The position numbers were made by a program, and so were the translations under genes. The notes under the pieces were generated by a model. That model searched no databases. It saw only the letters and a list, made by a program, of their open reading frames with translations, and had not been told where the DNA came from. 64,000 bases of DNA from Candidatus Eiseniibacteriota bacterium (lineage in GTDB: Bacteria; Eisenbacteria; RBG-16-71-46). This document shows, in pieces, positions 47,988 to 58,844 of this stretch (its first letter is position 1; every line of letters begins with the position of its first letter). The DNA lies in the NCBI GenBank assembly GCA_963707915.1, contig OY970178.1, positions 2,336,001 to 2,400,000 of the forward strand, read 5' to 3'.

Positions 47988-49003
47988 GAGCGCACCGCCG
48001 CCTGCCGGCGCAGCACCACGCCGAGGAAGAACAGCGCGCCCGCGAACGACGTCAGCAGGCCCAGCGGGATCTCGCCGTTGAGCACGGTGCGCGCGACATC
48101 GTCGCAGGCCAGCACGAACAGCGTGCCGAGCAGCATGCTCGCCGGCAGGGCGCGGCGCGCGTCCGAGCCCACCAGGCGGCGCGCGATGTGCGGCACGATC
48201 AGGCCCACCCAGCCGACCTGGCCCGCCTTCGACACCACCGCGGCGGTGGCGGCCACGGCCGCGATCACGATGACCAGCCGCTCGCGGCCCGGCGCCACGC
48301 CGAGCGAGAACGCGGTGTCGTCGCGCAGCGACAGCACGTTGAGGCGCCAGCGCATCAGGCCCATCACCACCAGGCAGGGCAGCACCACCGGCAGCATGTG
48401 CAGCACGTCGCGCCAGGTGATGGCCCACAGCCCGCCCAGCATCCAGAAGGTGATGTCGGGGAGTTGCCTCTGCGGATCGGCCAGGTACTTCACCGCTCCG
48501 GTCGCCGACGAGAGCGTGGCCGAGACGATGATGCCCGCGAGCACCAGCCGCAACACCCAGTCGCCGAAGCGGATGCGCTGCGCGATCAGGTAGCTCGCCG
48601 CCATGCCCAGCAGCGCGAACGCGGCGGCCGAGCCCTGCACCGTGGCGGGCGCACCGCCCAGGAACACGATGGCGAGCGAGGCGCCGAACGCCGCGCCCGG
48701 CGAGACGCCGAGGAAGCCCGAGTCCACGAGCGGGTTGCGGAACACCATCTGCAGCACCGCGCCGGCCCCGCCCAGCGTCGCGCCCAGCAGGAGCGCCGCG
48801 AGGATGCGCGGCACGCGCAGGTTGAGGATCAGGTTGCGCCCCAGCTCGTCCTGGAAGAGCGTCGCGGGCGGCGTCAGGAGCGGCCCGGGGTAGCGTCCGA
48901 TCGCGGCCGAGAGCAGCGCGCTCGCGAACACCAGGCCCGCGATCGCCCACAGCCGTCCCGTGGCCCGGCGCTCCTCCCCCGCGAGCCGCGGCTCAGCGGA
49001 CAT
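47984..49003 (-). CDS. FecCD/BtuC-family ABC permease
   Basis: LRVPRI, QMVFRNPLV, FWMLGGL, AFSLGV, GWVGLIVPHIAR, EIPLG. Confidence 0.94.
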   Translation of the reverse strand: MSAEPRLAGEERRATGRLWAIAGLVFASALLSAAIGRYPGPLLTPPATLFQDELGRNLILNLRVPRILAALLLGATLGGAGAVLQMVFRNPLVDSGFLGVSPGAAFGASLAIVFLGGAPATVQGSAAAFALLGMAASYLIAQRIRFGDWVLRLVLAGIIVSATLSSATGAVKYLADPQRQLPDITFWMLGGLWAITWRDVLHMLPVVLPCLVVMGLMRWRLNVLSLRDDTAFSLGVAPGRERLVIVIAAVAATAAVVSKAGQVGWVGLIVPHIARRLVGSDARRALPASMLLGTLFVLACDDVARTVLNGEIPLGLLTSFAGALFFLGVVLRRQAAVRS

Positions 49004-50108
49004 CCAGCCTGACCCTGCCCATGATGTCCCGGGTGATGGCGCTGTCGTCCATGCCGTAGAGCGAGCGATAGAAGCTGCGCACCTCGGTCTCCACGTCCAG
49101 GTTCTGGAAGCGCTCCGGGTGGAGCGTCTTGGCCAGCCAGGTCATGCCCAGCAGCCAGCGCGGGTTCGGCGTGTCCCACCCGTAGATGTCCGACGGGAAC
49201 ACGTGCAGCGCGCCGGTGCGCACCGCGCGCAGCGCGCGCCACTGCGGATCGGACTGGAGCCGGGCGAGCACCCTGACCGGGTCGAGCGAGAACCAGACGA
49301 CGAGGATGATCTGGTCGGGATTCCAGCGCGCGATCTGTTCCATGTTCGCCACGGTCCAGCCGCCGCCCGGCGCGGCCGCCTCGAGCCAGACCGGGCGACC
49401 GCCCGCGGCCTGCACCTCCTGCGTCTGCATCCACGGCCTCGCCGGCACGCGCACCGCCGCCGTGCCGCCGCGCTCGGTGTACTCGACCAGCAGCACGCGC
49501 GGCCGGCCGGCCTCCGGCACGCCCCGCCAGCCCGCGTGGATGCGCGCGACCCGCGCCCGGTAGAACGAGGCGATCTTCCCCGCGCGCTCCGGCTGCCCCA
49601 GCAGCAGGCCGAGGTTGGCGACGTCGCGGTAGAACTGCTCGGGCGTCTCGAGCCCCAGGTAGACCACCGGGATGCGGACCTCGCCCAGCGCGGTGCCGGT
49701 CGCTTCGAGCACGTCGTTCTTGATGAGCACCAGGTCGGGGCGCAGCGCCGCGATCTGCTCGGGGCCGGGGTTCGCCAGCACGGTCTTCGCGCCGAAGGTC
49801 GGATCGATGAGCGGCGCGAATTCGCTCGCCACCGCGCCCTTCTTCTCCACGCCGACCAGGCGCCGCGAGACGCCGGGGAACATGTAGAGCAGGTCGAGCG
49901 CCATGTAGGGGCCGTGCCCCGCCACGACGATGCGCTGCGGCGGCCGCGCCAGCTCCACGGTGCGTCCGGCCGCGTCGGTGACGCGGATGACGGACGCGGT
50001 CCTCGCCGCCGGCGCGGCCGCGCCTGCCGTGACCGCGCCGGCGAGCACGACCAGCGCCGCGAGCAGCGCGGGCCACACCCCGATGGGCACGTTTCGACTC
50101 GGGCGCAT
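48993..50108 (-). CDS. Iron/cobalamin-type ABC substrate-binding protein
   Basis: RBS GAGGAGG; signal peptide; VTDAAGRTV..PQRIV, EQIAALRPDLV, EQIARWNPD, AVRTG. Confidence 0.92.
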   Translation of the reverse strand: MRPSRNVPIGVWPALLAALVVLAGAVTAGAAAPAARTASVIRVTDAAGRTVELARPPQRIVVAGHGPYMALDLLYMFPGVSRRLVGVEKKGAVASEFAPLIDPTFGAKTVLANPGPEQIAALRPDLVLIKNDVLEATGTALGEVRIPVVYLGLETPEQFYRDVANLGLLLGQPERAGKIASFYRARVARIHAGWRGVPEAGRPRVLLVEYTERGGTAAVRVPARPWMQTQEVQAAGGRPVWLEAAAPGGGWTVANMEQIARWNPDQIILVVWFSLDPVRVLARLQSDPQWRALRAVRTGALHVFPSDIYGWDTPNPRWLLGMTWLAKTLHPERFQNLDVETEVRSFYRSLYGMDDSAITRDIMGRVRLDVR

Positions 50109-50262
50109 GGACGACCTCCTCGAATGGCGGGACGGCGCCGGGCCCGTGCCTCGCGCGGGCCGCAGGCCCGGCGGCGGACACGCCCCGGTGGACGGGCCCC
50201 GCAGCATAGCAGGCGGACGCGGGGGGCGCCGAACGCGACGCGGCCCGGCAGGCCCCGGGACT

Positions 50263-51351
50263 TCAGTCGCGGAGGTTCGGGACCGGCGGGCCCTCGAGCG
50301 GGAGCGTGAAGCAGTGGCGCCCGGGCGGGTGCTTCCAGAACTGCGCGGACTCCCCGCCGCGGTCCGGTGAGACCAGCGAGTCCTCGCACGCGAACGTGGC
50401 GCACAGCTCGACGGTGACCGAGTCCACCACGCGGTATCCGTAGAACTCCCCCGACTCCGGGTCGCGGAACGTCTCGGCCGGCGGCGCCGCCGGGCGGGCC
50501 GCCAGCTCCGCGAGCGAGCCCGGGAGCGGGCGCCGGACGCCGCGCTCGACGACCAGCTGGTTCAGGATGGACCGCAGGTTCCCGACGCGGCGCGCGTCGA
50601 GCGCACGCAGCCGCGACTGCCGGGGCGACCCGGACGCGGCCAGCCCGAACGCGATCGTCGCCACGACCGCCACCACCACCGCCCACGCGAGCCAGGGCGC
50701 GCCCCCGCGGCGCGCCGCGCCCTCGCGCTCCTCGCCACGCAGCTCGGCAAGGTAGTGCCCGAAGATGGTGGCGGCGATGGCGAAGACCACCAGCGTCTTC
50801 CACAGGATCCGCGCCACCAGCTCGCCCGCGAGCAGCCGCTGCAGCACGAACGTCAGGTCCCCGATCAGCACCAGCGCGGCGACGAAGAGCGTGAGGTAGG
50901 TGAGCCACTTCCGCACCGCCGAGCCGCGCTTCTCGGGGTCGCGCGCCATGGCCCGGCCGATGAGCGTGGAGAGGGCGAGGAAGATCGGGAACGCGATGAC
51001 GAGCGCGGCGATGCCGTTGCGCAGCGCCTCGGTGGCCCAGCGCAGCGCGTAGGGGTTCTGCACCGGGTCCGGCAGCCGGCGGTCCACGATGGCGAACAGC
51101 ACCAGGCCGAGGTTGAAGGCGGTGATGTAGAGCGTGGCGAAGAGCACCAGGTAGAGGAACGCCTCGCGCGCCGAGAGCGAGGGCCTGCGGCGCGGCACGG
51201 GCACGGGGAAGTCGGCCTCGGCGAACCCCGCCAGCGCGACCTCGACCTCGTCCGTGCGCCAGCCGGCCTCGAGCAGGCGCTCGCGGATGGCGGTGCGCGG
51301 CAACCCGCGCGCGAGGGAATCGCGTACGAACCGTTGCAGGTCGGCGTTCAT
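50263..51351 (-). CDS. DUF5671-like membrane protein with a pilin-like C-terminal domain
   Basis: LQRFVRDSLARG..LLEAGW, AFLYLVLFATLY, VRKWLTYLTLFVAA, then SPRQSRLRALDARRV...DPESGEFYGY...ELCATF. Confidence 0.75.
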   Translation of the reverse strand: MNADLQRFVRDSLARGLPRTAIRERLLEAGWRTDEVEVALAGFAEADFPVPVPRRRPSLSAREAFLYLVLFATLYITAFNLGLVLFAIVDRRLPDPVQNPYALRWATEALRNGIAALVIAFPIFLALSTLIGRAMARDPEKRGSAVRKWLTYLTLFVAALVLIGDLTFVLQRLLAGELVARILWKTLVVFAIAATIFGHYLAELRGEEREGAARRGGAPWLAWAVVVAVVATIAFGLAASGSPRQSRLRALDARRVGNLRSILNQLVVERGVRRPLPGSLAELAARPAAPPAETFRDPESGEFYGYRVVDSVTVELCATFACEDSLVSPDRGGESAQFWKHPPGRHCFTLPLEGPPVPNLRD

Positions 51352-51527
51352 GGGTCGGGGCCCTCCATCGCGTGGATCGCGTCCCGGGAGCCCGGGCGAG
51401 GCATTGTGGCACGCGGCGCGGGGCCCCGCCACGGCGAATCCGGTCCGCGGAGGGCTGGCAGGCCGCCGTTCGCGGGGCTAGATTCGCCGGACGCCGCGTT
51501 GCAACCGACCCCCCGGGGAGCCCGACC

Positions 51528-52526
51528 ATGCCGCCCAGCCGACTCGAACCACCCGCCGCACCGCCCGACGACTTCACCCGCATGGTGAACGCCTGGCGCG
51601 AGAGCCGCATCGTACTCTCGGCCCTCGAACTGGACCTCTTCAGCGCCGTCGGCGACGGCGCCACCCCGGCCGAGATCGCGCGCCGGCTCGGCGCCGACCG
51701 GCGCGGCGTCGACTGCCTGCTCCACGCGCTCGCCGCCCTCGACCTGATCGAGAAGCGGGATGGGTCCTTCCGCAACGGGCCGGTCGCCGCGCGCTTCCTG
51801 TGCGAGGGCGCGCCCGACGATCACCGCGGGGCGCTGCTCCACGGCGCCGCGCTGTGGCAGCGCTGGTCCGCGCTCACCGAGTGCGTGCGCACCGGGCGCC
51901 CGGCGCAGCGCGGCCCGCGGGACGGGGCGGACACCGCCAGCTTCATCGCCGCGATGCACGCCCATGCGACGCAGCGCGCCCCGGCACTGGTCGCGGCACT
52001 CGACCTTGCCGGCGTGCGCCGCGTGCTCGACGTGGGCGGCGGCTCGGGCGGCCACGCCATCGCGCTGGCGCGCGCGGTGCCCGCGATCCGCGTCGACGTG
52101 CTGGACCTGGCCGACGTGGTGCCGCTCACCGAGCGCTACGTCGCCGCGGCGGGCGTCGCGGACCGCGTCCGCACGCGCGTGGGCGACCTGAACGCGGACG
52201 ACTTCGGCACCGGCTACGACCTGGTCCTGATCTCGGCGATCTGCCACATGAACGGGCCGGACGAGAACGCGGACCTGCTCCGCCGGGCGGCCCGCGCGCT
52301 CGCCCCGGGGGGCCGGGTGGTGGTGCTGGACCACATCCTCGCGGCCGACCGCACGGCGCCGGTGGCGGGCGCGATCTTCGCGGTCAACATGCTGGTCAAC
52401 ACGCCGGCGGGCGGGAGCTACACCGAGGCCGAGTACTTCGCCTGGATGCGCGACGCGGGCCTGGCCGACGTCACGCACGTACCGATGCCCGGTCCGACGG
52501 GGCTGGTGGTGGGGACGCGCAGGTAA
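51528..52526 (+). CDS. O-methyltransferase with N-terminal dimerisation domain
   Basis: ALELDLF..ATPAEIA winged helix; VLDVGGGSG, GYDLV, ICH, LAPGGRV. Confidence 0.9.
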   Translation: MPPSRLEPPAAPPDDFTRMVNAWRESRIVLSALELDLFSAVGDGATPAEIARRLGADRRGVDCLLHALAALDLIEKRDGSFRNGPVAARFLCEGAPDDHRGALLHGAALWQRWSALTECVRTGRPAQRGPRDGADTASFIAAMHAHATQRAPALVAALDLAGVRRVLDVGGGSGGHAIALARAVPAIRVDVLDLADVVPLTERYVAAAGVADRVRTRVGDLNADDFGTGYDLVLISAICHMNGPDENADLLRRAARALAPGGRVVVLDHILAADRTAPVAGAIFAVNMLVNTPAGGSYTEAEYFAWMRDAGLADVTHVPMPGPTGLVVGTRR

Positions 52527-52532
52527 CGGGAC

Positions 52533-52711
52533 GGCGGAGCGAACGTGCCCGCGTTCCGAAGCGAGCGGGGCGCCGGGGCCGGAGGGCTGCGCGGGCACGC
52601 TCGCTCCGCCTTCCAGGCTCCGCTCGCTCTTCCTCGGCGGGCTTCGCCATCCTGGCTACGCCCGCTTCCGGGCGGCCTCGCGCAACCCTCCGGCCCCGGC
52701 GCCCCGCCCGC
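52533..52711. repeat. Nested inverted-repeat element (REP/MITE-like or structured RNA)
   Basis: 21-bp IR 52533-52553/52590-52610 (one mismatch); 29-bp IR 52565-52593/52679-52707 (one mismatch); inner hairpin 52637-52665. Confidence 0.7.
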
Positions 52712-52723
52712 CCCTCACGCGGC

Positions 52724-54613
52724 TTAGAGCATCTCCCTCAGCACCAGCTTGAGCTTCTTCGCCTTCCCGTCGCGCAGGATGGCGAACGTGCGGGTGGTGC
52801 CCTCGGGGCTCTCGTCGATGAGCGCGGCGACGCCTTCGAAGCCGAGCGCGGTGACCGACTTGCCGTCGATCGCGGTCACCGCGTCCCCGACCTGCAGCCC
52901 GGCCTTCGCCGCGGCGGAGCCGTCGAGCACGGCGGCGACCTTCACCGTGTCCGAGGACCGGACCAGCTGGAGCCCGGAGCGCGACATCGGGTCGCGGCGC
53001 GCGTAGAGCTTGCCCGGCTCGAGCCACATCTGCCGCCGCTCGTAGTCGAGCGTCACCTTGAAGCGCTCCAGCAGCCGGTTGCCGATGTTGCCGGCGTAGT
53101 CCTCGCTCGTGAACGCGCCCACCGTCGCCTGCGAGAGCGAGACCAGCGGGTCCGCCCACGAGTAGGGGCCGATCTCGAGCTTCTTCATGCGCACGATGCG
53201 GGTCGCGAACGTGCCCCCGAACCCGCCGCCGATCATCTCGACCCCGCGCCCGGCCTTCGCCAGGAGGTCGTGCCGCTTCACGAACGGCGTGTGCAGGTCC
53301 ACGGTGGAGCCGCTGCCCACGTCCACCCGGAAGTCGCCCGCGATCCCGTCGTCGAGCTTCATCGTGACGACCGGCGTGTGCCCGGCCAGCGTCATCGGGA
53401 TGGCCGTGCCCTGCCCCGCGTACGCGAAGGTCGCGGGGTCGTAGAGCGTGAGCCGCCGGGCGTCGAAGTCGATCTCGTCCACGAAGCGGCTGATGAAGTC
53501 GAAGCCGATCACGCCGGCGCAGTCCCGCCAGAAGTAGGGCGCGAGGATCGAGTTCACGCTCAGCACCGCGACGCGGGCGTCCTTCACCTCGATGCCGTCG
53601 CCGTCCGCCTCGACCGTGAGCGACGAGAGCGCGGCGAACGAGGCGCTGCCCGTCGCGCCCGCGCCCTGCCCCTGCTGCAGCCCCTCGGTGGCGAGCCCGA
53701 TCTTCGCCGCGTAGGCGCTGTCGATGACCGTGATGCTCGCGCCGGTGTCGAAGACGAAGTCCGCCGGCGGTCCGCCGTTCACCGAGGCCCGCAGCCAGAC
53801 GTGACGCGCCTGGTACTCGAAGGGCAGACGCGCCAGGCCCGGCGTCTTCAGGTAGCGCACCGAGCCCTGGTCCGACGGCGGCGCGAAGAGGCGGGCCGGG
53901 AACTCCTCGTTCACCCAGGCCGAATCGAGCGTCACCTGGATCGTGTTCATGGGCTGGCCGACCACCTCGGTGGTCGAGCGGAAGGACATCAGCCGCCCTC
54001 CCAGGGGGCGGTAATCGCCCATCCGGGTGACGGCGGTCTGCTGGTCGCTCTTCGCGACCGACTTCACCATCAGGCCGGTCTTCAGGTCGAAATAGGCGCG
54101 GCGCGGACGGCCCACCGGCGGCGCCAGCTCGAGCACCGCGTAGCGGCCCGCGGAGTCGGACTCCTCGCCCGCGTACGTCACCGAGCCGCCCGCCTGGTCC
54201 GGGAGCAGGAATGCCTCCGTGTCGAACCACGCTCCGCCCCGCGCGTCCTCGAGGTCCTTGCCGTCCAGCTTCAGGACCTTGCCGCCCGGGTCGGTGCGCC
54301 AGCCGGCCTGCCCGTCGCAGCCCATGCTCACCTTGATCGGGCCGATCTCGAAGCGGGTCAGCGACCGGTCCGGGCGCACCGTCCAGGTCTCGAGCACACC
54401 CTTCATCATGAAGGCCTCGATGGTCGAGCGCGTGTGCACGGAACGGGCGTCGAGCATCGCCTGCCCGCCCACGGCCTGCAGGTAGCGCTCGAGCACGGGC
54501 TTCGCCTCGGGCGCGACGGCGGCGCGCGAGACCGGGACCGCGAGGAGCAGGACGGCGAGGGCCGCGCACGAGGACACGAGGCCGCGGCGGCGCCGGAGCG
54601 TGAAGGGGATCAT
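52724..54613 (-). CDS. Exported protein with two retropepsin-like aspartyl protease domains and a PDZ domain
   Basis: Signal peptide; N-terminal LERYLQAVGG (LolA-like) region; FVFDTGAS..GVIG and FRVDVGSG..GNIG; PDZ SAAAKAGLQVGD. Confidence 0.85.
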   Translation of the reverse strand: MIPFTLRRRRGLVSSCAALAVLLLAVPVSRAAVAPEAKPVLERYLQAVGGQAMLDARSVHTRSTIEAFMMKGVLETWTVRPDRSLTRFEIGPIKVSMGCDGQAGWRTDPGGKVLKLDGKDLEDARGGAWFDTEAFLLPDQAGGSVTYAGEESDSAGRYAVLELAPPVGRPRRAYFDLKTGLMVKSVAKSDQQTAVTRMGDYRPLGGRLMSFRSTTEVVGQPMNTIQVTLDSAWVNEEFPARLFAPPSDQGSVRYLKTPGLARLPFEYQARHVWLRASVNGGPPADFVFDTGASITVIDSAYAAKIGLATEGLQQGQGAGATGSASFAALSSLTVEADGDGIEVKDARVAVLSVNSILAPYFWRDCAGVIGFDFISRFVDEIDFDARRLTLYDPATFAYAGQGTAIPMTLAGHTPVVTMKLDDGIAGDFRVDVGSGSTVDLHTPFVKRHDLLAKAGRGVEMIGGGFGGTFATRIVRMKKLEIGPYSWADPLVSLSQATVGAFTSEDYAGNIGNRLLERFKVTLDYERRQMWLEPGKLYARRDPMSRSGLQLVRSSDTVKVAAVLDGSAAAKAGLQVGDAVTAIDGKSVTALGFEGVAALIDESPEGTTRTFAILRDGKAKKLKLVLREML

Positions 54614-54769
54614 GACGTCCTCCGATGGGGTTCGCGGGTCCACGCCTTCCCGACCGGCAAGGCCGCGCCGCGCGTCGGGCACACTAGCACCGCCCTCCGC
54701 GGGCCCGAAGCGCGGCGCGGCCCCGGAGGGCGTCCGGGGCCGTGTCGGTTCCCGGCGTGCGGCCGCCGG

Positions 54770-55123
54770 CTACGGCATCGGCGAGCGGGAGTTCGGCACG
54801 CACGTGTAGTAGCGGACCACCCTCGCCGGGTCCTGGTCGCGCAGGGTCTGGAAGGCGCCCACCAGGACTCTGGCGTTGCCGGCCAGCCACGCCGCCTTCT
54901 CGGAGAGCGCCGAGATCGGCATGTCGCACGGGCCCGGCGGGATGCACGGCCCGTTCGGCTCGACGATGTGAAAGGCCTCCGGGAGCTCGACGGGGATCGA
55001 GGGGGCGGCGCCATCCGTCTCCCGGATGATCTCGCCGAGCACGTCGGCCATCCGCCGGCACACGTTCTCGGAGATCCGGCACAGATGCCACAGCTCGTTC
55101 AGGGTCATCTCGCGGGTCACCAT
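54770..55123 (-). CDS. Small Cys/Pro-rich hypothetical protein (117 aa)
   Basis: RBS GGAGGG; protein-like composition MVTREMTLNELWHLCRISENVC...GPCIPPGPCDMP...YYTCVP. Confidence 0.68.
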   Translation of the reverse strand: MVTREMTLNELWHLCRISENVCRRMADVLGEIIRETDGAAPSIPVELPEAFHIVEPNGPCIPPGPCDMPISALSEKAAWLAGNARVLVGAFQTLRDQDPARVVRYYTCVPNSRSPMP

Positions 55124-55196
55124 GCTTCCCTCCGGTGAAGCCGTGCGACGGCCGCGGCGCGAGGGGTTCGCGCGGGTCGTCGGCACGAGGACGGTT

Positions 55197-57953
<2,757 letters not shown>

Positions 57954-58256
57954 GGGACCTCCCGCGGGACCGACGGGCCGGGTCAGGCGCGGACGGCGCT
58001 CCCGCCGCGAAACGCGCGACTCCGCGGCACGACCCCTCGGACCCATCCCCGGACGTGCGGCGGGTTCCCGCGCGGGGGGCGCGTGGCGCGGCCGGGGTGG
58101 CGTGGCGGGGAATCTACACCCGGCCCGGGGGCCGCGGAAGAGCCCGCCGGGCGCTCCGGCGGGCGCGCGGCGCGGGGTCGCGCTTGCGGGCACGCGGCCC
58201 CGGTCCCTATTCTCCCGCTGGTCGCACTTCCGCTCCCCACTTCAAGGAGGAACCGA

Positions 58257-58742
58257 ATGTTCAGGAGATGGATGGTGGTCGGAGCGCTCGTCCTGCTCCC
58301 CGTCGTCGCGGAGGCCGCCTCACCCACCGTGGCCGCCTTCGGCCCCCGGGTCGGCGTGAGCATCGATCCGGACCAGCTCGTCGTCGGCGGCCAGCTGTCG
58401 CTGCAGGAGTTCGCGCCCCACTGGTCGTTCGATCCGAACCTCGAGCTCGGCTTCGGCGACGACATGACGGTCATCGCGCTCAACCTCGACGCCTACTACC
58501 ACTTGCGCCTGTCGGGCTCCGATTGGCGGCCCTACCTGGGCGGCGGGCTGGGCGTGAACTTCCTCAGCTGGGACGCCCCGCTCGGCCTGCACGACCGGAG
58601 CGATACCGAGATCGGCCTCAACCTGGTGGCCGGCTTCGCCATCCCCGCGGGCTCCGGCGACCACTGGTTCACCGAGCTGCGCTTCGGCGTCGGTGACGTT
58701 CCGACCCTGAAGATCGTCGGGGGCTTCAACTTCGGCAAGTAG
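58257..58742 (+). CDS. Small outer membrane beta-barrel protein
   Basis: RBS AAGGAGG; signal peptide; GPRVGVS, WRPYLGGGLG, C-terminal VGGFNFGK. Confidence 0.82.
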   Translation: MFRRWMVVGALVLLPVVAEAASPTVAAFGPRVGVSIDPDQLVVGGQLSLQEFAPHWSFDPNLELGFGDDMTVIALNLDAYYHLRLSGSDWRPYLGGGLGVNFLSWDAPLGLHDRSDTEIGLNLVAGFAIPAGSGDHWFTELRFGVGDVPTLKIVGGFNFGK

Positions 58743-58778
58743 GCCGGGGCGGGCGCCCGACCGCCCGCGGGAAGACGC

Positions 58779-58810
58779 CGGGCCGGCGCGGGACATCCCG
58801 CGCCGGCCCG
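58779..58810. terminator. Perfect GC hairpin between convergent genes
   Basis: CGGGCCGGCGCGGG-acat-CCCGCGCCGGCCCG, 14-bp stem. Confidence 0.6.
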
Positions 58811-58844
58811 ATCCGCACCGCCCTCGTCCTGCCCCCCGCGGCCG

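Noticed and set aside
50109..50262. Possible cobalamin riboswitch or Fur box upstream of the ABC binding protein
   Set aside because: No B12-box or conserved cobalamin riboswitch core and no AT-rich Fur-like palindrome; only a TGCTATGCT extended -10-like sequence.
51407..51421. TGGCACG resembling a sigma54 -24 box
   Set aside because: The -12 position after GG-N10 is GG, not GC.
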